Shown here piece by piece: positions 10,250 through 20,477 of a stretch of 64,000 nucleotides of DNA (position 1 is the stretch's first letter; each line of letters opens with the position of its first letter). A program made the translations under genes and the position numbers. This stretch comes from Terriglobia bacterium. Lineage in GTDB: Bacteria > Acidobacteriota > Terriglobia > JAJPHL01 > JAPKYU01. The DNA is taken from NCBI GenBank assembly GCA_965206645.1, contig CBDBKE010000002.1:512001-576000 (forward strand), written 5' to 3'. The notes beneath the pieces were generated by a model that saw only the letters and a program-made list of their open reading frames with translations, had not been told where the DNA came from and did not search any database.

Positions 10250-11999
10250 GCCCACCGCGGCAGGTGGGGGTTGATCATTCTGGGGTTTATTATCGTCTTG
10301 AAAAAACCCGGACTCACGTCCCGCCGCGCTTCGCTGGAGACTGTTTCTCAAAGCGAAGCCCTCCCTAGTTGCTTCCGATTGAGACTAATGCGGCATTGCT
10401 CTGGATGCCATCGGCCGTGAGGACGATCTCGTGTTCACCCAGAGGCAACTGGGGGACTTCGATGTTCACCTGCATGAGGCCAGCGAAATTGGGCGCCAAG
10501 CCAGCGAAAACAACGGTCGCTTCCATGCCGCCAATCGTTGTCGTGACAGGCTCGACCACCTCCGAGAGCGGGTCCTGAGGCGTTAGTTCGCCAGCGGGTA
10601 CCGGGTTTGTGACGGCTCCCAGGCCAGTTCCATAAACAATGACAAAGCTCCCAGGCTCGACTGGATTATTGGGAAGATTCAAGCTGAAATCAGGGAAGTT
10701 CTGAACCGCAGCTCGGTTGTCTCCGGCCACGGACGGATCCAAGGTAAAAATACCGGGACCCGCCTCGCCGATAACGACGGTGACGATATCACTCGGGCGG
10801 TCGTTGACCATGATGACGACGGAGGCTGGCCCCAATTCCGTCTGATCCGGGACCTGGAAGTTGATTTGCCCCGGCCCAACGAAGTACAGAGGCGCCGCAC
10901 GCCCGTCGATCAACACCGTCGCCCCATTGAGCGTCGTCGGGAGAACAACATCTTGGTTTGCGGCGCCTTCGCTGAAGAGGGCAGCGACTTGCAAGTTATT
11001 TCCTCCCAACACTTCATTGAAGAGACCGAAAACCGTGGCGATCGCCCCTTTCGTCAATACCTTGCCAACAAATCCTGCCGCATTCACCAGAGCTTCCCCA
11101 ATGACTTGTGCTGGAGAGGTGGGAGCGTTCTTCGCCGCTTCGGTCACCGATTCCGACATGGAGAAGCGAATCTCCCGTCCGTTCACACCGAGATTCACCA
11201 TGCCGTCGCCGTCGGTGTCTGTGGTGAAAACATGCACGGTCTCCAACCCGAAACTGTCATTGCTCTGGGCACCGTCATGCAAATACTTGATCCAAGGCAG
11301 ACCCAGGGTTTTGCCGCAGCCGAAAACTCGCACTGCGTGTCCTCCGGTGGGGTTACCGTTCGCGTCGTCGTAGCTGAAAATCAGCTCGACGTCCTCTCCG
11401 GCTTTAATCTGATCGCAGATCCACTTCCAAGTCACTGTAGCGCCGTCATCGGTGGAAGTGATCCCGCTTGCTGTGAAATTCCCATTGGGAAGCGCCTGCC
11501 CTGCGGCCGCGTTGCTCCAACCTCGTCCCTGGTGGCGGTTAACCAAGCTGTCCTTCAGATCGTTGTTGTTGAGGTAGGAGAACTTTCCTTGCAACATCGG
11601 CGGGAACCAAACCCCGGAGCCATTATTCCGCGAGGGGGCGGTTCGATTCATTCCTGTATCAAGCTGCCCCACCAAGGTGTTGTCTCCCCTCAGACCTGCC
11701 TGGTGATTGTTGGGTACGTCTATACCGTAGCGCTTCTCTGACCAGACCGATTTTTTGTACCAACCGTAGTGAGAGTTCACATCGCAGCCTGGGGCTGTGA
11801 AACTGGTTTCAGTGGCAGGGGAGGGCTATAGGCCCCCGGCGCCGGGGGCCTATAGCCGAGCGCCGAGTGCGGCCGCACCGTGTTGTATTGCACCCTCCAC
11901 TGTTCAATCACCACCTGTGCCTCCTTCAACGAGTAGAAGATCTCTCCATTCAGGCATTCGTCCCGCAGCTTCCCATTGACGGGAATCACCTCAATTAAA

Positions 12000-13658
12000 C
12001 CGGAATTTTCATTTTGAGCTTCCCCTTCACCCGAAAACCTATGCCTCTTACCCTGTCGTGTCAATCGCAAATCGCCCGGGCCTCTTTGAGGTGGTAGTGC
12101 GGCACATTTTGGCTGTTCTTCGGAGTCGCTGTGCGGGTTTCGCCTGCCCAGCCTGCCTCGCCGCTGACACTTGTCCGGCCCGACCACTTCTGAGCACCTA
12201 AAATTACCCTCTCTCCCGGTTCGCTAGCCGTCTGGCAGCGGCAGTGCCGAGATCGTTCGCAGCATGCTGCTGAACAGCCTCCGGCTCAAGTGCCCTTCGG
12301 CCAGCAAAAGCCAGTAATATCGCGCATGTTTCACCAGCCGTCCTCCCGTTTTCACCAGCCGCTGCTGCAAACTCGTCAGCGACCAGTTGTTGATCCTCTT
12401 CGGTAGCACCAGCCGCCGCCACAGGTTTCCCAAGTTGTAGGCGATCAGGCTCAGCCATAGGCGCACCTCGTTCGACCGAAACCGATGGCAACTCAGCCGG
12501 GTCATCTTTACCGCCTGCTTGCCTTCCTTGATCCATTGCTCTGCGGTGCCCCGCTTGTTGTAGAACCGGACCACCGCCCGGCTGTCGGTCTCCAGATTGG
12601 TGACGATGAACCCCACGCGAGGGAACAGTTCGCCAAAGTGGAACTCCACCTTCGCCACCACCCGCCGCGCCTTTTTCCAACTGGCTGCCTGGTAGAGAAA
12701 GCTCTTGTACCAGACCACCGGCTTGTGGCTCGGTCGCCCCACTGACCGCGTCAACAACTCCGCGATGTCCCTCTCCAGACTGTCGTTGGCCGGGATGCGA
12801 ATCGCATACTTCACGTCCCGCTCCTCCAGTGCGTCGTAGATCTCCGGCTTGGCGAAGGCGGCGTCGGCGCGAAACACCACTTCCTTGCCCAGCTTCTGCT
12901 GCCGTTCGATCTCTGGCAGGAGAAGTTCTTCCCAATCCTCGGCGCTGTGCACGTTGCCGGGTCGCAGCTTGGCCGCCAGACAGTCACCCTCGCGACTGAA
13001 CAGCAACAACGGGTGATAGCAACTCGACTCGAAATGCCCGTTGTAGGCGCTCTGCTCCTGTTCGCCGTAGACCGGGATCTCGGTGCTGTCCATGTCCAGC
13101 ACCACCCGGCGCGGCGCATCCATAGCTTCCGCCCTGGCGATCAAATCCCGGTTGATCGCTGCCAAACCAGCAAGGTTCTCGTCTTGCGTCAGCAGTTCTG
13201 TCTCGAACGACTGTAACCGGGAAGTCAGGGCTGCGCCACGTTCCCAGATCTTCTCCGAACCGATCAGCCGGAACGTCGGATCTTGGGAAAGCCGCTCGGC
13301 GTCGTTGACGTCTTCGTATCCTGCCAAGCGGCTGTAGATGGACTGCCGCAGCAAGTCAGCGAGGGGCAACCGGGTGTTCTTCCCCCGAGAGTCGATCAAG
13401 TGCTGTTCGATAAGTTCGCCGAACCCCAAACGTTCGTCCAACTCGCGCACCACAATCAGACCGCCGTCGGAAGTGATTCGCGATCCCTGAAATGTGACCC
13501 GCAGAAACCGGTTGAATGACAGTTGAAACGCCTGTTTTTGGCTCTCACCCATTCGGTGTACACCTCCGGAAGGCAATGTTGATGCTGGAACCCGCATCAA
13601 TACTGACGTTGGAGTCATTCAGAAGGTTGCCGCCGATAGTTCATAAAGGAAATCCGGG
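12000..13658 (-). mobile_element. IS1380-family element nested in IS3 orfB
   Basis: Ends CCGGAATTTTC and GGAAATCCGGG. ATTGA duplication at 11975-11979 and 13659-13663. Confidence 0.92.
12224..13552 (-). CDS. IS1380-family DDE transposase
   Basis: Same motifs as 4863-6191 but a diverged paralogue. Confidence 0.95.
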   Translation of the reverse strand: MGESQKQAFQLSFNRFLRVTFQGSRITSDGGLIVVRELDERLGFGELIEQHLIDSRGKNTRLPLADLLRQSIYSRLAGYEDVNDAERLSQDPTFRLIGSEKIWERGAALTSRLQSFETELLTQDENLAGLAAINRDLIARAEAMDAPRRVVLDMDSTEIPVYGEQEQSAYNGHFESSCYHPLLLFSREGDCLAAKLRPGNVHSAEDWEELLLPEIERQQKLGKEVVFRADAAFAKPEIYDALEERDVKYAIRIPANDSLERDIAELLTRSVGRPSHKPVVWYKSFLYQAASWKKARRVVAKVEFHFGELFPRVGFIVTNLETDSRAVVRFYNKRGTAEQWIKEGKQAVKMTRLSCHRFRSNEVRLWLSLIAYNLGNLWRRLVLPKRINNWSLTSLQQRLVKTGGRLVKHARYYWLLLAEGHLSRRLFSSMLRTISALPLPDG

Positions 13659-15675
13659 ATTGAAACTCTCGCAGTACCCGTTCTCCCAGGGACTGCCCGG
13701 TTCGATGTACAGTGTCCCGGTCCCTAGATTTGCACCACTGGCGCAGTTGTTTGGCAATGAACTCGGGACCATTGTCGGATCGAATCTGTTCCGGTATCCC
13801 TCGCCACAACATCACGTCCGACAACGCCTCAATGATTTGTTGGCTGCCCATCCTCCGCTCCACCCGGATCGCCAGGCATTCCCGCGTGTACTCATCCAGC
13901 AAGGTCAGCAGCCGCAGCGTTCTCCCCTCGTGCGTTCTGGCACTCATGAAGTCGTAGCTCCACACGTGGTTCGGTCGCTCCGGCCTCAGTCGTACACAGG
14001 AACCGTCGTTCAGCCACAGCCGTCCTCGCGGCCTTTGTTTTTGCGGCACTTTCAGCCCTTCCCGCCGCCAAATCCGCTGCACCCGGTCCTTGCCCACTTC
14101 CCAGCCCGCACTCCGCAGCAACGCTGTGATCCTCCGGTAGCCATATCGCCCGTACTTCGCTCCCAGGGCAATGATCGCTCGGGTCAGAGCATCCTCGTCC
14201 ACCCGATGAATCGGCTCGTATCGTTGTGTCCCTCGCCATTGCCCCAGCAGCCGGCAGGCATGCCGTTCCGACAACCCGTGTTGCTCCCACGCACGCTCCA
14301 CCGCACAACGCCGCCGCTCAGGGCTCAGAAGTTTCCCTGTGCCACATCCCGCAGTACCTGCTTCTCCAGAGAAAGCTCCGCTACCAACCGCTTCAGCCGC
14401 GTGTTTTCCTTCTCCAACTCCTTTAGCCGTTTTGCCTGCACCACCTTCAGCCCGCCGTATTCCTTCCGCCACCGGTAGTAGGTTTGGGTGTGGATTCCAG
14501 CTTCTTTGCAGGCTTGGGGCGCAGTCTTCCCGTTCCCCATCTGCACTTCTATCTGCCGTAGCACCGCTACAATCTGCTCCGGCTTGTAACTCCTTGTCGG
14601 CATGACCTCACTTCCTTCTCAAGTGGATTCTCTCTCTTTTCACTTGGTACAAAAAGTGCCGGTCAGGTCATCTCGAGGTATTGCAAGCTGTTCGCGACCG
14701 ACATCGGAACACACTGGTTGACTGCCGCCTCGACATTCACGCTATTGGGCAAGACATGGGAGAAGGTTTCACCCAGGAGCAGGAATTCAAAGAGGTGGGG
14801 CGGGGCCGTTGAGCAGTGGGACCAACTCGCTGGCTCCCGCGGCGCTCCATATATGGAAAGCAACTGGGAAATTGCTGAAGGTGTTGCCAGAGAACTCCGG
14901 CAGCGGCTTGGGAGTGTACTCCACCCAAGCGGGCAAAGTCGTGACGATCTGAGGCGCTGACACCTCCAGACTGAAGTACGTCGTGAACAACGGTGGCGGT
15001 TGAGCTGTGTTGAGGATAATGACTTCGGTGTGATCCAGGTGCATGTTCTGGACAACCCATCCCGATTCTGTGATGACGTTGACGTAGCCTCTATGCAGAC
15101 CCGTTGTTTCGGCAAGAACGCCGAGATCAGCGACTAAGCGACACCAGTCGCTGTTGGCTTCGGGCATTGCGAAGTCGAACGTCATTTGCTCGAAAGCAAC
15201 TCCGCCTCCGGGTGGCACAGTAACAGCATGAGCCATCGGCACAACTGCCACAAAAGCGATTGCCAGGGCTCGGACAACTTTCGTTGCAACACGCCGTTTC
15301 TTCACGAGATCTCCTGCCGCTGTTCTTGGCCAGGGTTTTCCGTCATTTTGGCCGTCGCGGCGCCGGTAGGATAGCCGAGCGAGCGCCCCTATGCAACGGC
15401 TGTTCGGGCATTGTCAAGTTAACTGGCAGCCAAGGGACCAAGCCCAAGCCACTCTATCGAGTATTGAGGCGAAGCCTCGCTTCAATGTCGGTGAACATGA
15501 TGGTGGCCAGCTTTCTCTGTGGAGTTTCAGCCATGGTAGTGCCCGAGCGTCTGTTCGCTCATCGCGAGGGTGCTCTCTCTTGCCACCGATCCTAAGCCCC
15601 GCCCGCAGGCAGTCAACGCGGGGAGCCGGCCAGTTGCGACGGTGGTCTTTCGCTGCCGCCTCTAACGTCCGCGGT

Positions 15676-15771
15676 CACTTGGACGTATAGTCGGCTATCC
15701 GGACAAGTGACCCTCTACGCCCGCCAGGGTAGTGGGTCAAGTTTTCGATAAGCGCGTTATACAGCCAACTG
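15676..15771. repeat. Inverted pair of family-B 34-bp sites with hairpin linker (copy 2)
   Basis: Reverse complement of 15676-15709 = CACTTG TCCGG ATA GCCGAC TAT ACGTC CAAGTG. 15738-15771 = CAAGTT TTCGA TAA GCGCGT TAT ACAGC CAACTG. Confidence 0.85.
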
Positions 15772-15817
15772 CATTACTTCCGAGTGCGCCGTGACACGAA
15801 TCAGGAAAAAATACGAC

Positions 15818-17647
15818 TCACGCTCCGAGCTCTGCGTCGACGACGGGGAGGCTGTCATCGACGATGTCGACCGCCAACTTCCCGCCCCGGGTGAGCGGAG
15901 CATTCGCCTCCCGCGGGATGAACCGCACAGCCCGGCGCGAGCTCCGCGGCCCGCAGTAGTGCAGATCAATGGCGTCGTGCGCGCCAGCGTTCCGGACGAC
16001 ATGGATGGTCTCTGCTTCGGAGATCTCGGTCATCGACGATGGGCCGAGCCTGCTCCGCTGGACGACACGGAGGCTTTCTTCGGCAGCGCGCTCGAACTCG
16101 GTGATCTCGACCGTGCCCTCGATGCGGCGGCACACGGCCGAGTAGTCATGGGAGTGGATGTGCGCGGTCGTGCCCGGGGTCCACAGGATGCCGACCAGCG
16201 ACGAGCCCTGTTGCACGCTCCGCCAGAAGGTGAGCCGCCGATAGTTGATGCCGCCTTGAATCGTACTTTGGCGTAGCGGCACCAGCTCGCCGATGGCCGG
16301 CTCGACCCGCGCGAGCGCGCGGCGGGCGACGCCGGCATCGAGTGCGCCGCCGCGGTCGAGCAGGTCGAAGAGCTCAACCATCTCCCGCACCGAGAACGGC
16401 TCGCCGCCGTCCAGTCTCGCGCGCAGGGAGATCGGACGAGGCGCCCACCGGTGAAAGAGGACGAAAGCGAGGCCGACCGTTCCGAACCCCGCCGTCAGAC
16501 CGATGACGGTCGCGTCATGCAAGAAGGCAAAGAGCATCCCAAGCGAGAGCGCCGCCAGGGTGCCCCAGGCTGCGCCGGCGGCGACCGCCGTTCGCCAACC
16601 CACCTCGATGAGGGTCTGGATGTGGATCCGCAACCCGATCGTCGCGCAAACAGCGACGATGGCGATGTTGACGACGAGATCGTTTGCATCGAGAACGGCC
16701 GTCCACACGACCTCGGCCGGTGTTCCCTCCGTCAAGAAGAAGGAGTCGCCAAGCAGACGGAAACCTAACAGGAGAAAGTAGCCGATGACGAAGAGCGGCA
16801 AATGCGCGGCGAGGCGCAAGCGCGCCCTGCCCTCGGCGGGTGCCCGCCGACGAAGGAGGCTGAAGCCGATCAACAGCGGGCCCAGCAGCAGGATGCGCGT
16901 GGCCTTGGCCATCGTGGCGATCAAGCTCTCGTCTTCGCCGAACTGGCTCCCCACGGCGACACTCGACGACAGATCGTTCACTGCGACCCCCGCCCAGAGC
17001 CCTGCCGATTCGGTGTCAAGCCCGAGCGCCGTCCCAAGCGGGAGGAACGTCAGCAGCGCGACCACGCTGAAGAGGTAAATGGCGGTGACCGCGAGCCCCT
17101 GGTCCCGCCGGTGCGCGAACACAGCCGGAGCCAGCGCATTGATGGCCGACGCGCCACACACCATCGTGCCGATAGCCACAAGGTCGGCCATCTCCCGACG
17201 GAGCCCCAGCAGACCGGCTGCGGCATGCGCGACGAAGAATGTCGCGGGGAGCGTGAAGACCAGGACGAGCAGGACCTAAAGCAGGAGCTGCGCCTTGAGG
17301 ATGTCCGTCTGGACCTTCAGGCCCATCAAGATGATGGCGAGGCGCAACATCCACTTCCCCGTGAAGCGGAGGCCGCGCTCGTACGGGTCGCCCTCGCGAC
17401 CGCCAGCGACGTTGAGCCCAATCCAGCGCGCGACGCGTGAGTTGAGCACCAGGGTGCCGAGCCCAATGGCGACGACGATGTCCGGAGCCCACGGCGAACC
17501 TCGAAAAACCGTGCGTACCAGGAAGAGCGCCACGAGCGCCAAGGTCAGCGCGAGCCCCAGCCCTCGGAACTCGCGTTGGGAAGGAAGCCAGGCGGGCATG
17601 GGCACTTCTCAGGCGGGCAGGAGCGAGGGGCGCTGTTGTTCATTCAT
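15818..17647 (-). pseudogene. YeiH/putative sulfate exporter family protein fused to a cysteine dioxygenase-like cupin; in-frame stops
   Basis: GTMVCGASAI and ATMAKATRILLLGP (YeiH). WTPGTTAHIHSH...IHVVRN...IDLHYCGP (CDO-like). In-frame TAG at 17276-17278 and TGA at 17609-17611. Confidence 0.78.
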
Positions 17648-17741
17648 GGCAGCGGGCCGACTCTATGTTCTCACATTATAAGCACGCATCCCCCGAGGCC
17701 CACAACCGGAGTCAAGGAACGCCACACCATCCAGGCAGAAC

Positions 17742-17774
17742 ATAGGTAAACGCTAGGCCGTTTGTGGGGACTAT
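17742..17774 (+). repeat. Family-A site, 33 bp (spacer GGCCGT)
   Basis: ATAGGT AAACG CTA GGCCGT TTG TGGGG A-CTAT. Confidence 0.7.
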
Positions 17775-17817
17775 CGGCCTTGTGCGCGAGGCCTACTTCC
17801 CCTAAAGGGAATCCAGG

Positions 17818-17851
17818 CACTTGTCCGGTTAGCGCGTTACACGTCAAAGTG
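17818..17851 (+). repeat. 34-bp family-B site (spacer GCGCGT)
   Basis: CACTTG TCCGG TTA GCGCGT TAC ACGTC AAAGTG. Confidence 0.8.
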
Positions 17852-17865
17852 GGCGGCGTGGTAGC

Positions 17866-17899
17866 ATAGGTAAACACTAGCCGACTAGCGGGGACCTAT
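17866..17899 (+). repeat. 34-bp family-A site (spacer GCCGAC)
   Basis: ATAGGT AAACA CTA GCCGAC TAG CGGGG ACCTAT, the most symmetric copy. Confidence 0.85.
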
Positions 17900-18154
17900 C
17901 TGCCGAGTCTGAGCCAACTCGTGCCGTTTCAGAGGATTACTGCAGCCTGAGAGGGTATCAGCGGCGAGGCGAGATTGGAGGTGGGAAAATACACCAAACA
18001 AGCGCCGGGGTCAGCTAGGCAGGTGAGCGAAATTGCGGACCAAATTCGGAAGCCTACGTTAGAACCCGCAGTGAACACGCAGAGAAGATGAGAGGCCCCC
18101 GGGGTCTCGCCTCGACGATGGACGAGACCCCAGGAGCCAGTGGCGCAGGAGATC

Positions 18155-18400
18155 CTACGGATTCGTGCAAGCGAAGGCAGTAGGGTCGGAATTACACGGA
18201 TCGAGCGGAGCAGGATCTGCCCCGTCCGGAACAAGGTCACGGTCGGTGTCCGGGTTGCAAGGATCCGTTCCGACCTCACAGGCCTCTTGCAAATCGGTGA
18301 GGCCGTCGCCGTCCTCGTCCCCGCTGCCATCGCGGGTGATGGAGCCGTCGCCGTTAACGTCTGCGCCGGCCGCCGGAGGCGATTGATTCTGCTGGACCGG
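18155..18400 (-). pseudogene. 3' fragment of a protein with TSP3-like acidic Ca-binding repeats
   Basis: Manual translation DEDGDGLTDLQEACEVGTDPCNPDTDRDLVPDGADPAPLDP...NP*. No start codon. Confidence 0.65.
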
Positions 18401-18468
18401 CTATGGCGCTTGATGGCGTGTCGAAATCAGATGTTTTTCACACAGGGGGGAAGGGGCCTCGGAACGGA

Positions 18469-18511
18469 GTGTATACTCTCAACCGCCGGAGAGCCAAAAA
18501 GGTAATTCCGG
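18469..18511 (+). mobile_element. Orphan IS1380 right end
   Basis: 37/43 identity to 1305-1347 by manual alignment. Confidence 0.75.
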
Positions 18512-18521
18512 TTGAAGACGA

Positions 18522-20258
18522 ATGGTCGCGCTTGGCGGCCCGATAGTGAAGGTAGTTATGTCCGAAGTCGGCGGATCCTTCATCCCGGTCTCTGCGGTGC
18601 ACGACAGAGACGGCCCTCCGGGTTCCTTTGCACCCCTGGGACCCGAAATCAAAGTGCTTCTTGTCTGGCCTCGTTTCCCGCCCTCGTTCTGGGGTTTCGA
18701 AGGGATGCTCGAGATCATTCCAGAGAGCTCGATCATGCCTCCGCTTGGCCTCATCACTGTTGCAGCTCTTTGTCCGGCAAAGTGGCAGCTACGCCTCATA
18801 GACCGCGCCTTTGAACCGCTGACGGACGAGGACCTGAATTGGGCCGATTTGGTAATGGTCAGCGCGATGTTCGCGCAGCAGGCGGACGCTCGTGTGGTGC
18901 TGTCGCGGGCGCGTTCGCTCGGGCGGCGCACGTTCATCGGCGGACCGTGGGCCAGCAGCCAACCGGAAGTGCTCGTCCACGAGGCGGACCACGTCCTTGT
19001 GGGAGAAGCGGAGGACATGTTTCCAGCGATTGCGTCCGCACTGGAAAACGGAACAGCGCCGCGCCTCTATGTGGCTTCCGAGAAGCCGGACATGACCCGC
19101 AGTCCTTTGCCTCGATACGACCTGCTGGAACTCAACCGCTATGCAAACATGTCCGTGCAATTTCCGCGCGGCTGTCCCTTCCAATGCGAGTTCTGTGACA
19201 TCATCACGATCTATGGACGCCGTCCTCGCGTCAAGATACCCGCCCAGGTGCTGCGCGAACTCGATCTGTTGTGGAGGCTCGGGTGGCGGAAAGAAGTGTT
19301 CATGGTCGATGACAACTTCATCGGAAACCACAAGCGTGCGCTCGAACTGACGCGGGAAATCGCAGCATGGCAGCAGTGTCATGGCTATCCGTTCTACTTC
19401 TACACGGAGGCCTCCATCGACCTTGCGGAACGTACGGAATTGCTGGCGGCGATGAGAGACGCAAACTTCCTGAATGTGTTCATCGGGGTGGAAACACCGT
19501 CGCCGGAATCGCTTGGGGAAGCACGGAAATTTCAGAACCTAAGGAGCGATAACCTCCAGCAGATTCGAACCATCCAACGCAGCGGGCTGTGGGTCATGGG
19601 CGGATTCATCGTCGGCTTCGATGCCGACGATCAGCATATCTTCGAACGCCAGTGGCAGTTCATTGAAAACGCAGCCATCCCGTGGGCGATGGTGGGCATG
19701 CTTCAGGCGCCTCCGACGACTGCGCTATACGATCGGATGCTCCGCGAGGGTCGGCTCATCCATGATTCCGACGCTACCACCAACTTCAGCATGCCGAATT
19801 TCCACACGCGGCTGCTCTTGCCGGTCCTACTGGATGGAATGGCTCGCCTGCTGCTGCGCTTATACGATCCGCCGGCGTTCTTCGATCGTGCGCTTCGATC
19901 GCTGGTGGCGTGGCACCCACGACCCACGCAGCGGTTCCCGAGACTTCCGGTGATCTACACGTTGCGCCTGCTCGCGTTTTCGATCTGGAAACAGGGCATC
20001 AGGAGCAGCTATCGCCGGTGCTATTGGAGATTTCTGGCGTCCGCTGTCCGGCTTTGGAGGAACGAGCCGGTCAAGCTGCGCATGGCAATCTTAGTGCTGC
20101 TGTCGGGCCACCACTTTCCGAGGTATGCTCGCTTGGTTGCCGATGAGCTGACGGCAGCGCGCCGCGATCTCGCCTACAACGGTCGCGACGCGCCGGCAGG
20201 GTCCGCAATGATTCCTTCAGCTTCGCCGCAGAGTGGCGTCACCGCTGGTCGTACCTAG
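18522..20258 (+). CDS. B12-binding radical SAM protein (DUF4070/HpnP-like); start uncertain
   Basis: PPLGLITVAA and GGPWAS (B12 domain), RGCPFQCEFC, DDNFIGN, TEAS, GFIVGFD. Confidence 0.9.
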   Translation: MVALGGPIVKVVMSEVGGSFIPVSAVHDRDGPPGSFAPLGPEIKVLLVWPRFPPSFWGFEGMLEIIPESSIMPPLGLITVAALCPAKWQLRLIDRAFEPLTDEDLNWADLVMVSAMFAQQADARVVLSRARSLGRRTFIGGPWASSQPEVLVHEADHVLVGEAEDMFPAIASALENGTAPRLYVASEKPDMTRSPLPRYDLLELNRYANMSVQFPRGCPFQCEFCDIITIYGRRPRVKIPAQVLRELDLLWRLGWRKEVFMVDDNFIGNHKRALELTREIAAWQQCHGYPFYFYTEASIDLAERTELLAAMRDANFLNVFIGVETPSPESLGEARKFQNLRSDNLQQIRTIQRSGLWVMGGFIVGFDADDQHIFERQWQFIENAAIPWAMVGMLQAPPTTALYDRMLREGRLIHDSDATTNFSMPNFHTRLLLPVLLDGMARLLLRLYDPPAFFDRALRSLVAWHPRPTQRFPRLPVIYTLRLLAFSIWKQGIRSSYRRCYWRFLASAVRLWRNEPVKLRMAILVLLSGHHFPRYARLVADELTAARRDLAYNGRDAPAGSAMIPSASPQSGVTAGRT

Positions 20259-20477
20259 CGTGTACGTACCGTGGATTGTATTGCCATCGGCGAAGGAACC
20301 GCGCTATAGCTTTGTTGGGTTACCCGAGGAGGCATAGGGTGTTTAGAGAGACTCGGTGCTCAAAGCATACAGGGCCTAACTAGCCCGTGGATACTCTCCC
20401 TCGAACCCGAGCGTCTCCAGAACCCGATGGGCACCGCCGGAGAGGATCCTGTTCGCAGGTAACTCTGGCGTGGCAGC

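Larger units (their letters stand above)
11739..14670 (-). mobile_element. IS3-family (IS407-group-like) element interrupted by IS1380
   Basis: TGACC ends. TCTC duplication at 11735-11738 and 14671-14674. orfA 14325-14603. Near-identical to 22504-23753. Confidence 0.93.
10365..15305 (-). pseudogene. Secreted papain/C39-like cysteine peptidase with TIGR03437-type C-terminal domain, split by IS3 and frameshifted
   Basis: Signal peptide at 15305. NQCVPMSVANSLQYL and GGHAVRVFG motifs. Frame is restored after removing the IS and one TCTC. C-terminus VNAAGF...APLYFVGPGQINFQVP...YGTGLG...FAGLAPNFAGLMQVN. Frameshift at ~14790. Confidence 0.8.

Noticed and set aside
10156-15771. Integron attC sites
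   Set aside because: No RYYYAAC...GTTRRRY boxes around the hairpins. The integrase looks phage/tRNA-type and I see no IntI-specific insertion.
17276-17278. Pyrrolysine or programmed amber readthrough
   Set aside because: Lies in a TM segment, a second in-frame TGA exists upstream and no pyl genes are seen. Nonsense mutation is simpler.
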